From: Podarcis erhardii
Taxonomy: Eukaryota
Assembly: GCA_964252035.1 (NCBI GenBank)
Contig: OZ176210.1
DNA length: 64,000 nt
Strand: one strand, 5' to 3'
In this document: positions 36,546 through 49,100 of the stretch, piece after piece
Layout: each line of letters starts with the position of its first letter
Position numbering within the stretch: the stretch's first letter is position 1
Program-made: the position numbers and the translations under genes
The notes under the pieces: generated by a model
What the model saw: only the letters and a program-made list of their open reading frames with translations
Databases searched by the model: none
What the model was told of the DNA's origin: nothing

Positions 36546-37752
36546 CTCTTGGGGAGAAAATTCCATGCAGCTGCTTTGTTCTTCCTCTGGTCCTGATGGT
36601 GTAAGCTAAGTCATTGTTTGACTTAGTCATCCAAATTTGGGGTCATGTCTTCTCTAGATAAACCATGATCTTGGAACTAAAGCTTATTCTTGGGGTTTGT
36701 CTGGAGAAGAAGCGTAGCTGCAAGAGGTCTGGAAGAGGCTTGCATCAGGCACAATCTCCTCTTTGGGGACCCTCTCTCATTCACGCTAAGCCATAGTTTG
36801 GCTCAGCACTGCATGCCAACTAACTCATAATTAAACCATATTTAAAAGTTGAAAGACTGAACCTTACAAATCTTCAGGCTTGCACATTTCATCCCTCCTC
36901 TGGCACAGTCATGCGGGCTTTAGGAGAATTTACTTCCATCTTAGGTTAACTGTGGCTTGCAATGTCATCTGAATGTGGACAAGCTGTGGTCGAGCTTAGC
37001 TATAGTTAGTGAAAACAAACCAGCTTCTAGTATTTAGGAAACTAACTTTTTTTTTTTACTAATCATAATTAAGACTAACCACAGTTTAGGGGTTCATATA
37101 ACTTGCCCAAGTGCAACATGCTAAACAACCAAAGAGAAGGGGGACATGTGTGAACCTGGTAGCAGGCTAGACCTAACATTTTTTCCCTGCTAAACCATGA
37201 TTTATGTTTACATCTGAATGCAGCCTAGCTGGCATACAATTTAATACCAGAAAGTTGAAACTCTGTAGCAGTTTAAGGAATAGAGAAAGTGAGAACTCTG
37301 GAAACCTCTTAATGGCTTCTAAATCTGGTGTCAACAATTTGATTGGGGTTTTTTTTTGGGGGGGGGGTGTCTATATGAAACCCACCAAGGATCTGGTCAT
37401 GTCCATTTTAAATTTCAAGTGCTTTTTGATTGCAATCTTACTTTCTAACTCTGCAAACGTATCACTTATTCAGTACACTAAATCAGGGTAAGTATTAATG
37501 AAAGGCTTTCTTGTGCTTCTTGTAGGTTGTATAATGCATGCCCAGTCATGAAATGATCGGTATCATGTCTGAGTTGCATTCCTGGACATTTCTATTTCAA
37601 TTCATGCCCTCTTTTTAACTCCCTTTTTCTAGTTTACACTTCTAAAAATTCACGCAGCTTTTCATTTTCCTCTAACTTGTTAATGCATTTGCCTTGATAA
37701 TGATTCAATTAGGTGACTTTCCTACCTCTGTTCTGCCCTATCCCTTTCATAG

Positions 37753-37855
37753 CAATATTAAGGATATCCACTCAGTTCTTGAAGTGACAGTTTATGACGA
37801 AGACCGAGATCGGAGTGCTGACTTCCTGGGCAAAGTGGCTATACCATTGTTGTCT
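37753..37855 (+). CDS. MCTP1: MCTP1 coding exon (F)[34 protein letters not shown] (C2C), 103 nt, phase 2/0
   Basis: Acceptor tccctttcatag, donor GTAAGT at 37856; loop-3 motif YDED-x4-DFLG. Confidence 0.97.
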
Positions 37856-37933
37856 GTAAGTTTATTATTATTATTTGGTTAATGCACTGCTCTGTATATT
37901 TTTATGCTCGTGGAAAAAAAGTCAGGGCTGTCT

Positions 37934-38409
37934 NNNNNNNNNNNNNNNNNNNNNNNNNNNNNNNNNNNNNNNNNNNNNNNNNNNNNNNNNNNNNNNNNNN
38001 NNNNNNNNNNNNNNNNNNNNNNNNNNNNNNNNNNNNNNNNNNNNNNNNNNNNNNNNNNNNNNNNNNNNNNNNNNNNNNNNNNNNNNNNNNNNNNNNNNNN
38101 NNNNNNNNNNNNNNNNNNNNNNNNNNNNNNNNNNNNNNNNNNNNNNNNNNNNNNNNNNNNNNNNNNNNNNNNNNNNNNNNNNNNNNNNNNNNNNNNNNNN
38201 NNNNNNNNNNNNNNNNNNNNNNNNNNNNNNNNNNNNNNNNNNNNNNNNNNNNNNNNNNNNNNNNNNNNNNNNNNNNNNNNNNNNNNNNNNNNNNNNNNNN
38301 NNNNNNNNNNNNNNNNNNNNNNNNNNNNNNNNNNNNNNNNNNNNNNNNNNNNNNNNNNNNNNNNNNNNNNNNNNNNNNNNNNNNNNNNNNNNNNNNNNNN
38401 NNNNNNNNN
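37934..38409. other. Assembly gap (476 N), probably hiding one MCTP1 coding exon
   Basis: Run of N. The ~34-aa segment expected between PLLS and VKAS is absent from both sequenced flanks. Confidence 0.9.
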
Positions 38410-38600
38410 GAATGCTCTTCTGCCACTGGCTGAGACACCCACTTTGCTACTACTGCTGCTAATGTATACACAAGCATAAGTTTCTGTGCCTCACATTTCT
38501 GGATTATAGTCTTGGCCCCATGACTTTGAAATGCTACAGTGATGATTCTATATATATTTGTGCAGTTCTCAGTCCCTAAACAATATATTTTGATATATAG

Positions 38601-38675
38601 GTGAAAGCCAGCTTCCGAACGTTAATGCCCAAAGAACAGAAGTATATTGAAGAAGAAAACAGAATTTCTAAACAG
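38601..38675 (+). CDS. MCTP1: MCTP1 coding exon VKASFRTLMPKEQKYIEEENRISKQ, 75 nt, phase 0/0
   Basis: Acceptor tatag (AT-rich, weak pyrimidine tract), donor GTAAAG at 38676; matches the post-C2C segment of MCTP1. Confidence 0.95.
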
Positions 38676-40238
38676 GTAAAGAGTTGGAAACTATTATTTA
38701 TTCCCAATAGACAGAATATCAAGTGAAACCTTATGACTGTATTTTGTCAAGCATTGATAGCTAAGAGAATAGCACATCTCATTTATATTGAAAAACTTAT
38801 CTGGAGTTATCAAATAAAACTTGCACAAATGCAGATTTTTAAGTCTTCTAAATCCCTTTCTGCCAGATTTAGTTATTTGTAAAATGTGTGCATGATAACT
38901 CTAATTAAAGTTGTCAGTCTGCCCCCATGTATCAGGTTATAGCACAGGTGGCTGTAAACTTAGTCTAGCATAAATTTTGGTGGCCAACTTTGACCTGGAG
39001 GAACTCCCATATTATTTTGGATTATGGTATGTATCAGCCTTTTGTTCTCTTAGTTTTCCTTTTAAGGTGCTTATTAGAAACTTAACTCAGGCAAATATAT
39101 AAAATCCCTCTGATTCTGCAACATGATTGACAAGATTCTTCTTTTTCATGTATGTTTACTAACTAATTGCTGCAATATTTACCAGCAGTAACTGTTTTCA
39201 AAAGTGCAGTCCTACTGAATGCTTTCAACTTAAATAATTTTTAAAATCTTGCAGCCATGATGTTCATGTTTCCTTCTGGAGGATAAGAATGTTGGTCACT
39301 GAAGAGTCAAACACTAAACAACTCTTCTTTGTAGAATCTTATTTGTGTGCTTTTTAGTGTTTTAATTATTGCATGAAATCATCAGTACAGAGATTTTATA
39401 AGCAGCAATATAACACTTCCATTATCAGAAAGTAAGCAGGCGTGCCTTGCGGTGTGTGTGTGTGGGGGGGCAGTATACAAAACCTATTCTTCCAGATGTA
39501 TAGGTGCTGCTCAGAAATGGCTAGACTCATATGCAGAAAAATAGTAGCAAGGAACTTATGACTATTACTAATCAATGAATATTATCAAACCTTGGTTTGT
39601 AGTATAAGAATCTCATTAGAGCAAGTGCTTTTCTTAAATATCAGAGATCTTGAATTAGTGAATATAACCTAATACTGTAAAATGTATGTTTCGTAAAAGT
39701 TAGTGAGTTCATCTCCAAATGAACTTCGTGGTACTCAACTATTCGTTTTAAAACATAATTCCTTAAAAATCTACTTGTTCATCCTTTTCATGAAACATAT
39801 TGTAGTTTCACAGCTTCCATGGGAAAAGTTACTTCAGTTTCCTCAGAGATAATTACTCAGAACTGCATACATGGTTTCTCAGCAGTCATCTCTTTAGTAT
39901 CAGAAATTGATTCTTCCAACTCCAGTGCAAAAAAAACTAGGTTGATATATTAAATCTCTGGATCTCAGTTCTTAGAGCGTGCTTAAAGATTGGGAAGGAA
40001 ACATTAGTAGGTACAATTGTACTGTCATTTAAATTATTTTCATGCTGTACAGCAGAACAGTGCAAGCCTACAACTACTGATAATACTGATAAATATCTAG
40101 ATAATGAGTTTTCCCCTTTACTGCAATACAAAATATTGTCTGTACAGAACAGTATTTTCAGTTGAAATGTGTTGTGAGCAGTTTTCATAGCTAAAATGCA
40201 CAAACTGAGCCGACACATTCTACGTTTCTTTCCTCCAG

Positions 40239-40358
40239 CTTCTTCTAAGGAACTTCATGCGGATGAAGCGTTGTGTCATGGTTCTTGTAAATGCCGCCTA
40301 CTATATAAACAGTTGCTTTGACTGGGATTCACCACCAAGGAGTCTTGCTGCTTTTGTG
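40239..40358 (+). CDS. MCTP1: MCTP1 coding exon LLLRNFMRMKRCVMVLVNAAYYINSCFDWDSPPRSLAAFV, 120 nt, phase 0/0; last exon visible in the window
   Basis: Acceptor tttctttcctccag, donor GTATGA at 40359; MCTP motif CFxWxSPxRSLxAF. I did not find the next (transmembrane) exon before 64000. Confidence 0.97.
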
Positions 40359-40738
40359 GTATGATATTAACCTTAATATTAATATATGTGTATACAAAAA
40401 AATAAATAAATGTAATGGTCTCATCAATAGGACATATATGAAAGATCACAGTCAATACCTAATAATCAATCTGTAGTTTAAAGCCAATATTAGAACATCC
40501 AGGGCTTCCTAGAATTGGCTTTCTTCTACAATCAGTGACCTCTAATACCCTAACCTTAAAACTCCAGGAAGTTTAATGCCAGTACATTCTTCTCTCTAAT
40601 TTCCAGTGGTATAGGAAACTTCAAAGTGCTTGAGTTCACCATGGCATCATAGCCATGCTCCCAATGATAATCTATAAATGTAGGCAGGTGTATTGATCCT
40701 AAATAAGCTCTGTATAGGCATACTTGCATACACATATA

Positions 40739-40974
40739 CAGTGAGGGGGGAAAGTATTTGATCCCCTTCTAAATTTGCCCATTTGCCCTCTGACGAAGAA
40801 ATGACCAGTCCATAATTTTAATGGTAGGTTTATTGTAGCTGTGAGAGACAGAATAACAACAGGAAAACCCCCAGAAACCCAGAAGACAGAAGACGGAGAT
40901 GGATGTGCATTATAGTAAGTGAAATAAGTATTTGATCCCTTTGCAAAATATGACTTAGTACTTGGTGGCAAAAC
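40739..40974 (+). mobile_element. Left IR/DR terminus of a Tc1-family transposon
   Basis: TA then CAGTG start; direct repeat aagtatttgatccc at 40752 and 40926 (outer and inner sites ~175 bp apart). Confidence 0.8.
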
Positions 40975-43518
40975 AGTATGGCACACATACTGCCATTTTA
41001 CATGCTGGTGGAACCAATTTTCAACTAATTAATAACAAATTATAGAACAACTGTGTATTCCCCATCACATATTCCCCATCCCTCTGCTATTACAGTCACC
41101 CCAAGTTAACAACACTGGCAAATGTGGTTGCTGCAGATGGGTGATGCCATTAGCACTTGTTTCACAGTAGGAACAAAGTTCAACTCCTTTGCAGTCATGT
41201 CCCATGCCAACATTGAGGACCTTTAATATGCCATTCTTTGGGTATGAGATTCTAAACCTAAGCCATTCATACCTGCCAGCCTTAGATGAAATATCTGATT
41301 GTGTGAGAAATGGATCCTCAGTTGTTTATGTTATACATATCCACCAGATCTGCCTCCATCCAAAAGAACTTCCCACCCAGTATTTTCTGTGTCAGTTTAA
41401 TACAATTTTCTTCTAGACGTCTTAACATAGACGTTTTTCTTCTGCGTCTTCACTTCCTTGCCACGACACCAAATACAGTAGGAGCATTCTGAGGAACAAA
41501 AACAGAGGCCCCAAAAGCTTGCAACTTCTTTACGTTAGTCATCTTGGACTCCTTTAGGAGGAAGGGTGAAACGAAAATTTAATAAATAAATAAATAGACA
41601 ACTGATAATTTTAAGATCTGAGAAATGTGATAAGAGACATTCTAGGAGCCTTGATAAAAGGTTATGCCTATATACATAAGTTTCAGAAATGGTCGCATAA
41701 TAACTTTACTCAAAATGCTTCTACTTTTGTGTGTTTACTTCCTGCATTAGCTCTGGGAGGTGCTTGTGGCATAATGGCATAATGTTCCTTTTGCCTGATG
41801 AAGGGAAGCACTCGTATAGGGCATCCTCTCCCTTGTGGTCTCCTGAGCTGGAGTAATAAAGGGTGTGACCATATGGCTTCTGTAACATTACTTCTTTAGA
41901 CAATACAAGGTGTAGCTTAATAACAGAACCAATATGTTGATACAGGAACAAACTTTATTCTGCAGGATATACCCGTCATGGCAATTATTGGCTTTATTTT
42001 ATTTTTATTATTTAAACTTGTATGCTACTTTTCCACATAAATGTGCCCAAAGCAGTACATATGATTAGAGGCAGCATGCTTTAAATACCAGGGGCTAGAG
42101 AATCAGGTTCAGCATCAGCACATAGCACAGTCAGGCAAATGCCCACAACACTGATACCTATGCATTGGGCCAGATGAGTCCTTTAGCTGCTTGGCCTTGA
42201 GAAGAATTCCGAGTGATTGCAGTGAGGAAGTGTCATTTTAATCTTTCCCTAATGACTTCAAATGCAGCATTGTTCCAGAGTGGTTCTGCATTGAGGGTGC
42301 TGGGAAGAATTAAATTGATAGCTCTTGCATGCTGTAGCAGCCTGGAGCTTCTGTTAGCCCTGAATAGCAAGGGGAAAACACCAGCAGCACAGGATCCTTT
42401 CGGATTCCTCCCTCTTCATTGATCAGCACAGAGAAGACTGCCAAGCAGTTGCAAAAAGGGACCATCAGTTGAATCCCTCCCCACTGTCTTTGATGTTGTA
42501 GAAAACTGGGTTTAGGTGGGATTAAATTCACTTTAAGAAAAGCAGCCGACTTTGAAATCTGTACAACGTCCCCAAAAGTGACCCTCTAGATGAGAGCACA
42601 GTCATGTCCTCTAGCATCTTGCTTCCAGTAGTGGGCAATCAGATGCCCATGCGATGCCCAAAGGCAGGAAGTAGAGGCGACTGCCATCTCCCTCTTCTTC
42701 TCCACAGGACCAGGTCTGAGATGTCCTTGGCCAGAGTGCCCTCACTGGGCCCCCCAAATGGCCCTGTCTTGGGGGGACTTACCAAGCAATGGGGGTTATG
42801 AATAGTGGTGCAAGCAGTGCCTTGAGAAAGCCACCGTTCTTGAGAAAGCTGTAGTCAAAACAAAACTACTATGAAAGAAAATTAAATTGTATTTCCCCCT
42901 GCTCCTCAGATATATCCATCTATCCTAAATATTTTTATGGTTTATACATGCCCTTTAGAATCTTATTCAAGATCTACTGTAGGATCAACTTTGTGCCTCA
43001 GGTGTAATGAACATGAATGAGTAACGACCTGTTCTTTCTTAGATGCTGCCTGTCCTTTTACAGGCACTGTTGCTTCAGAACTGACAAGTTAAAGTCCATC
43101 GGTGCAATGGACTGTATTTTTAATCTTCAATAAAGTCTCTTCTGATCCCTGTTCCTGCCCTGCCTCTTTTGAACCTATTAAGTAATCTGCTGTGATGTCA
43201 CAGCGTGGCATTGGAGATATCACAGCCCATCTGTCTTCCACAGCCTCTGATGTCATATGTGGGTTGCCAGTGTTGGTCTAGGCAGAAGTGCTGAGAGGGT
43301 CTTGTGAAAGACACATAAGTTGACAGGCAGATTAAAAAATTAAACACTTTCATCTTTGCATGCCGTGGTCTTTAGAACCTCTTTATACCTAGTTGAGTGG
43401 TTTCAAAGCCTTTTAATAGAGGCAGATAGCACATGGCAGCTTATAGCCTAGAGTTTTGACCAAGATCGTAAACCAGAACTCAACAACCTACAGTGTTGTC
43501 AGAAAACCGCAACGTGTA

Positions 43519-43551
<33 letters not shown>
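43519..43551. repeat. Microsatellite (CAT)11
   Basis: Read directly. Confidence 0.95.
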
Positions 43552-46008
43552 TATTATTGCAGTTCTGCATACAATTCCACATTGTCCCTGTGAAATCTAT
43601 GAATCTTAGATGGATTGATTAGCTCCAGGAATGTAACCTTAAGGGTACAGTTGTGCAAACTAAAGGAGCACATCTTGAGGTTTGAGTTAAGGAAACACTG
43701 GATTTAAATAGTCCCTTTATTGTAACATAGTATATGAGATTTAAATGTTGTAGCACTTTTGGGGGGAGATGCTGAAAACCACCGGATTTCCTATTTTAAT
43801 ATCCCTATTGCCTGCTCTGTATTTTATTTGGGTGAAATCCAACATAGAGCATGCAACAGGGCTTCTTCTGTTCCTGACTGTCGTCCTGCCCTCTGGATCA
43901 GATTTTGAAGGTGGACAGGGGGCTGCACAAGCAGAAATCTGTTCTGCCTGCGGTTGGGCACAACTGGATATCACCCTTTGTTTTTAACACTTGGAGAAGA
44001 CAATAAGTAAAAGCAACTTGAATATTTCATTCATGAGCTGTTCTATCAAATGCATTGCTGTGCTTAAATTAATCAGTTTGCATTACTCCTACGTAATTTT
44101 AGCAAGAAATGATTATTACAGAAATACTTTATGCAGTTTTCTCAACTGTGGAAATGGCAAGGTTTGTCTTTAGAACAACCTAATGAAGATACTGAAATGC
44201 TTTCTAAATTGGGTTTCGTTTTCTCCAGGCTCTTGATTCATGCACCTGTGGATGTGGGCAATTGCAGGGAGATACAGGGCAGGAGATGAGGGGCCGTATG
44301 CAACCTCTTTCACTGTCACTTCTTACTTTAATGAGCCAAAAAATAATTGGACAACTAAGCTATCAGTAAAAGGACACACTTCAACATGAGTCAGTGAATT
44401 ATTTTGCAGGACAAACTTTAATCTTTATATATGATTGTGGATAATTTGTGGTACCATTTATCCAGCTTGAATTGTTTTAGCCTTTTCAGTTGTTATACAG
44501 TAAGTACTGCTATGTTAACATTAACATTTGATATTTTACACATTTAATTCCTGTACTGTTGTGTGTGGTCTTTGGGGAAATGCGCTCCGGTGCTACAAGA
44601 GAGAGACAAAGTATTGATCAGCTAACATTTCAGCTACATTTATGTATGTCGCAAAATTAATGAAAATGCCAGACAAAAATGTCAGAGTGCACAAAAAGGT
44701 AGGATTTGAATTTTGGTAGTTTAATGAAAAGTTTAAGATGAACGTTATCACATGTCTGTTATTGTGCAGTTCATAACACAATAGCTAAAGGGGAAACACA
44801 CATTTTACTGGGGGAGCACTGAACATGAATCTAGAAGGAAATTTAGAAGGAAATATGCAGTCCTGAAAGTAGGTGATGTTCCCAAATTTGGGAAATGTGA
44901 GTTCATTTATTCTAACATGGCTCAAAATAACAAATAGCATTTGCAAAAATGGTGCCTACATTTTCCTCTTTAGTTGGGGGAGTTATGCAGTCCTTTCCTT
45001 TCTACTGTAGCTTATATTCTTCTAAAAACTACTTTTGAAAGTAAAAAAAACAAACCCAGTAGTAATAATAATCTTTCTCTTGATTTTCCTAACCATTTTT
45101 GAGGCATCTGAATAAGGCCAACTCATTCAATATTTTTGTTCATATTGTCAGAGCCAATGTGAGATACTGTTCTGTGTGAGGCAGGCATAACTTCTATCCT
45201 CTAGTGCTGCTGCCCCTCTTCGCCACTGCCTGCTTACCCATTTAACATTTTTAACGTCACTAATGCAGTGTCAGTACTGGCAGTGCCCCCAGCTTCAGTC
45301 TCCCCTCTCTCTGGGCAAGGTGTCCCAGGAGACTGAGTGCCTGTGCTGCAGTGGCTTTATCGCCATAGCTAAAAATTCTTTTAAAATTACTTTAAATACT
45401 TTAGAAACATTAAATTTAAGAGAGCAAATGCTCTCCTATTAACAGTTGAGAGATAAGGTAGCGGTTGGTGGGAAGTAGTAGGGGCTGCAGTGGTGAAGGA
45501 AAGGGATTGGGCAGGGTATTGCTCTGGAAAGCCTATAGGAGCCAGGTGTGCATGGATAGCTTTGTGGGCTGACTTTTTTGGGATTTCCAAGAGAGACTGT
45601 TCTGACACAACGGCAGTGGTAGTTCTCTTGTCTTCTGGGCTGTGAGCATGGACCAAGCGACATGCATCAGTTGCTATATAATAGTCCTTCCTTCAGTTAT
45701 AGAAAGTTTTCACGATGATGCAACATGAGTATAGCTTTGGGCTGCATAATCTGACAGAAGATAATTCCTTTTGCTGGAATCTAAAGGGTTGCATGTACCG
45801 TTTAACACTTTCACCATTGCCCTTTCCACCAACATGTGTGTTAGCTGAAAAGCTTGTGAGAGTCAGAGGCTCCTCCAGTGCAAGAAAGGGGGAGATTGGA
45901 AGGGGCTTGGTAATGCACACACCTATGTTCACATAGAAATGCTATCTGCTCTCAGACAGGAGGACTTCTTGGAGCACAGGCTTTAAGCTGAAGAAAATGG
46001 CTCGCCAT

Positions 46009-46144
46009 CAGTGCTGTTTTTCTAGAAAAAGGGGTGCCGAAATTCACCGTGAACACCTCCTTTGTTTTCTTATAACAGCAATGGTGCCTACCTGAGAGGT
46101 GCCAGAACTGAGTTCCGGTGAATTCTTGCTGAAAAAAAGCCCCG
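46009..46144. mobile_element. hAT-type MITE (136 bp) with near-perfect 8-bp TSD
   Basis: Termini cagtgctgttttt / aaaaaaagccccg; TSD ctcgccat (46001-46008) / cttgccat (46145-46152). Confidence 0.85.
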
Positions 46145-49100
46145 CTTGCCATACTGATTTCATCCTGATGAGTATTTAAATGCCCTATTGTGTCCCAGTT
46201 CTGCTAGACGTTTTCTTAGGGATGACAGAAACAAAATGTGCAAGAATCCTGCAGTTTGCTTCATGGTGCAAGCGAAGTGCACAGAAGTTCTTTTTCCTTC
46301 AGTAAATTGTGTGCCAGTGACCTAACATGGATGGTAAATGATAAGATTTATGCACAAACAAAGCAGTATTTAATGGCAGGATTTGGAGACGTATTCCCAA
46401 CAACTTTGGTGTGCCTAGTGGGATATTAGACTTTGGGCAGTAGAATTCCGTGCCATTTCACACATTGTGTCTGCAGACAGGGAGGGGGAAAAGAAGAAGG
46501 GGGGGAGTGATTATATTTTTTCCCTTAAACATCTATTTAAATACATCTTTGTTCTGTACCATAGATTTATTAGTACAGAATCAAACATTTTTTCTGATCT
46601 AAACCCTTCTCATCCCCTAGAAATCACTGTTAGCCTTTCTGAGAGGGGAAAGACAAAAATCTCTTTTTCTCCCAGTGGGCTAACACTAGGTAAAGGAGGC
46701 AATCTGGACCAGGGAAATACATGATTTCATACAGTTTAAACAATGATCAGTAATAATTTATAAAGTAGGATAAATGGGAGATGTGGCGTATTTTATTTGA
46801 TTAAAGAGTATTTAATAACGCAAGTAGACAACTAGCAAGGAAACAGTTTTGAAACGTGTCATGTAAGGAAATACTTTTGCATATGGAATGTGTAAAGCTA
46901 TTTCCTGTGTAATTACATCACTTTAATCTGCAGTTGATCATACATATAGTGATTGTACAATAAAAGATCCCATCCAACAATAAGCGTGCTTAATAGCTAA
47001 ATATTCCAACCGAATGCAAAACAGTGAGATAGAGAAATATATATTTAATATGAAATCCCTGCTTGGTTTAGGAATAGGAAACATGCTCAGTCACCTTTTT
47101 TAAAAAAGGAATATCAAGTGTGCAGCCAAGGAAGAGCTTACTTATCCTTCAGTTTTTCAAAATGTTCCTCTCTGCCAAACTAGTGCATCAGATCAGTTTC
47201 CTTATATATGAAGGAAAGAATTATCTTGATTCTCCGCTTAGGACATCTACCACAGGTAAACATGAGTGTTGAAAGCCCCCCTTCCTCTGTTTCCAAGTCT
47301 TTCTGTGTCCCTTTTCAGGCTCATCTACTTGTTGCCCTAGGCCAATACTGCTTTGCTGACCCGGTCTTCTTTGATGTCCCTCACAAACAGTGTCGTTTTC
47401 CCCATTTGTTTTCACATTTCCAAGGGCTGCTTTTGTGTTGATTCTTCGGTCAGCAGGTGCAATTCCAATTGACAACAATTCTTCATAAAAAACAGAACGC
47501 AATCTAGGCTGTATGTTTGCCTAGATTCCTTAATTAAAGTGTTAAATAAGTAGCCGGCAAAAGTTTTAGAGAAGACTCTAAGACAGACAATATTCTTTTG
47601 CTCATGAAGACTCGATGTGTGCAATTCTCAGTGTTAAATTTGGCATTAGAGCTAGGTTATCATTGAGAAAAGAGTAGGTCTTGCCTTGTTATTCAAAGCA
47701 AGCACCTAACTTGCTTGAAAAGCCAGAGGAGCTGAATGTTGTTGGACAGCAGATTTGAAATTAATCAGAAGAAAGTAATCTAATTTACAGTGTGAGAAGC
47801 TGGATGATTAGAGGTGGTTTTGTGTGGCTTTTTTTGCCTGAAATGGAGATTTCTTTCAGAAGTATTTTTCTGTAGAATGTAGAATTGGTGGGAAATGCTG
47901 TTTCGTGGGGGGAAATGGATGTTTTCACAACTGAAGTTCTGCATTTTATAATCATTAATGCATTTGAATGAGAGTACATATAATACTCTACAAAGCAGAA
48001 TGTTGATCAAATTCGTGATGCATTTTTTTTAAAAAACCCAACCCTAACAGTCATTAACTCAGAAAAAGTGAACTTTCTGTTAAAGGGCAATGCAAAATTG
48101 GAATACAGTGAAACTGCAATTAATGTCTACCTCACAGTAGCCTTTATTGCTTTCCAGAACTATATTGTCAACATGATTAGGCATGTCTGTATTCGTATTA
48201 TAATGGCTCACCTTCCTTAACTAGAAATAAGTCATTAATGGGCCAATTCAAGTTTTCTCTGCCTCATTAAAAAGATAAAGCTAAAAAACCCCACCTCTTT
48301 TTGACTAATCTTGTATCAGTTAAATCCTGCATATTTATTACTTAAAACATAAATATTCCCCCATATGGAAGAAATGTGTAGCATCCATTCTAGGATGTAT
48401 TTGCAAAATGCAAGATTTGATAAAAATCCAAAGTATTCATGTTGGCCTACAAGGAAAATCAAAAAAATCCATAATGGCATTGCCGTACTCTGTGTTTTGG
48501 ATTGTTTGAGAATTTTGCTTTGAACAGCTTTTGTGTTTCCCCATGTAAACTTAAGCAAGTAAGAAAATGGGGGGGGGGGGGTGCGCACACACACACACAC
48601 GCACAACCATTGCATCAATTTCAGCCCCCTCCTCCTAATTTTTCTTCCATAAGAATCTGTATGTCACATGTCAATAAGTAATGCATATTACTCTGCTATA
48701 AGATTGTCACCAAGTTTTCTTTGTTAATGAAAGCAGTGTGTGTGGGCAGCATCTCTCTCCCTCTCTCTTCTCTGCCTGTTTATAATGGGTGGGGTGGGGG
48801 ACGAGAGTCTTCTCTTTCATTCTGTGTAGTGTTTAATCCCAGTGATTCTCTCCACATCATCCCTGCCAGGGTGGTTTAGCTAGCTAGCAACATTTCATTA
48901 GCTTCATTTCCTCCCCACTTTTCCTGCCACAACGCTGTGCAACTCCCAACCCTTCACTCTTTCCTTCTCTGCAATCTTCCACTTGTTGTGCATAAGATCA
49001 AGGCAAAACTTGCACACTGGAGTGCTTTCAGAGCTATGATGGGCTAGTAAAATCTGTTTATTCCCCCTCTTCTCCAACAAAACCCAGGAATTGGTAGGAG

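Noticed and set aside
37875-38479. 183-195 aa ORFs over the second N gap
   Set aside because: Artefacts of N runs.
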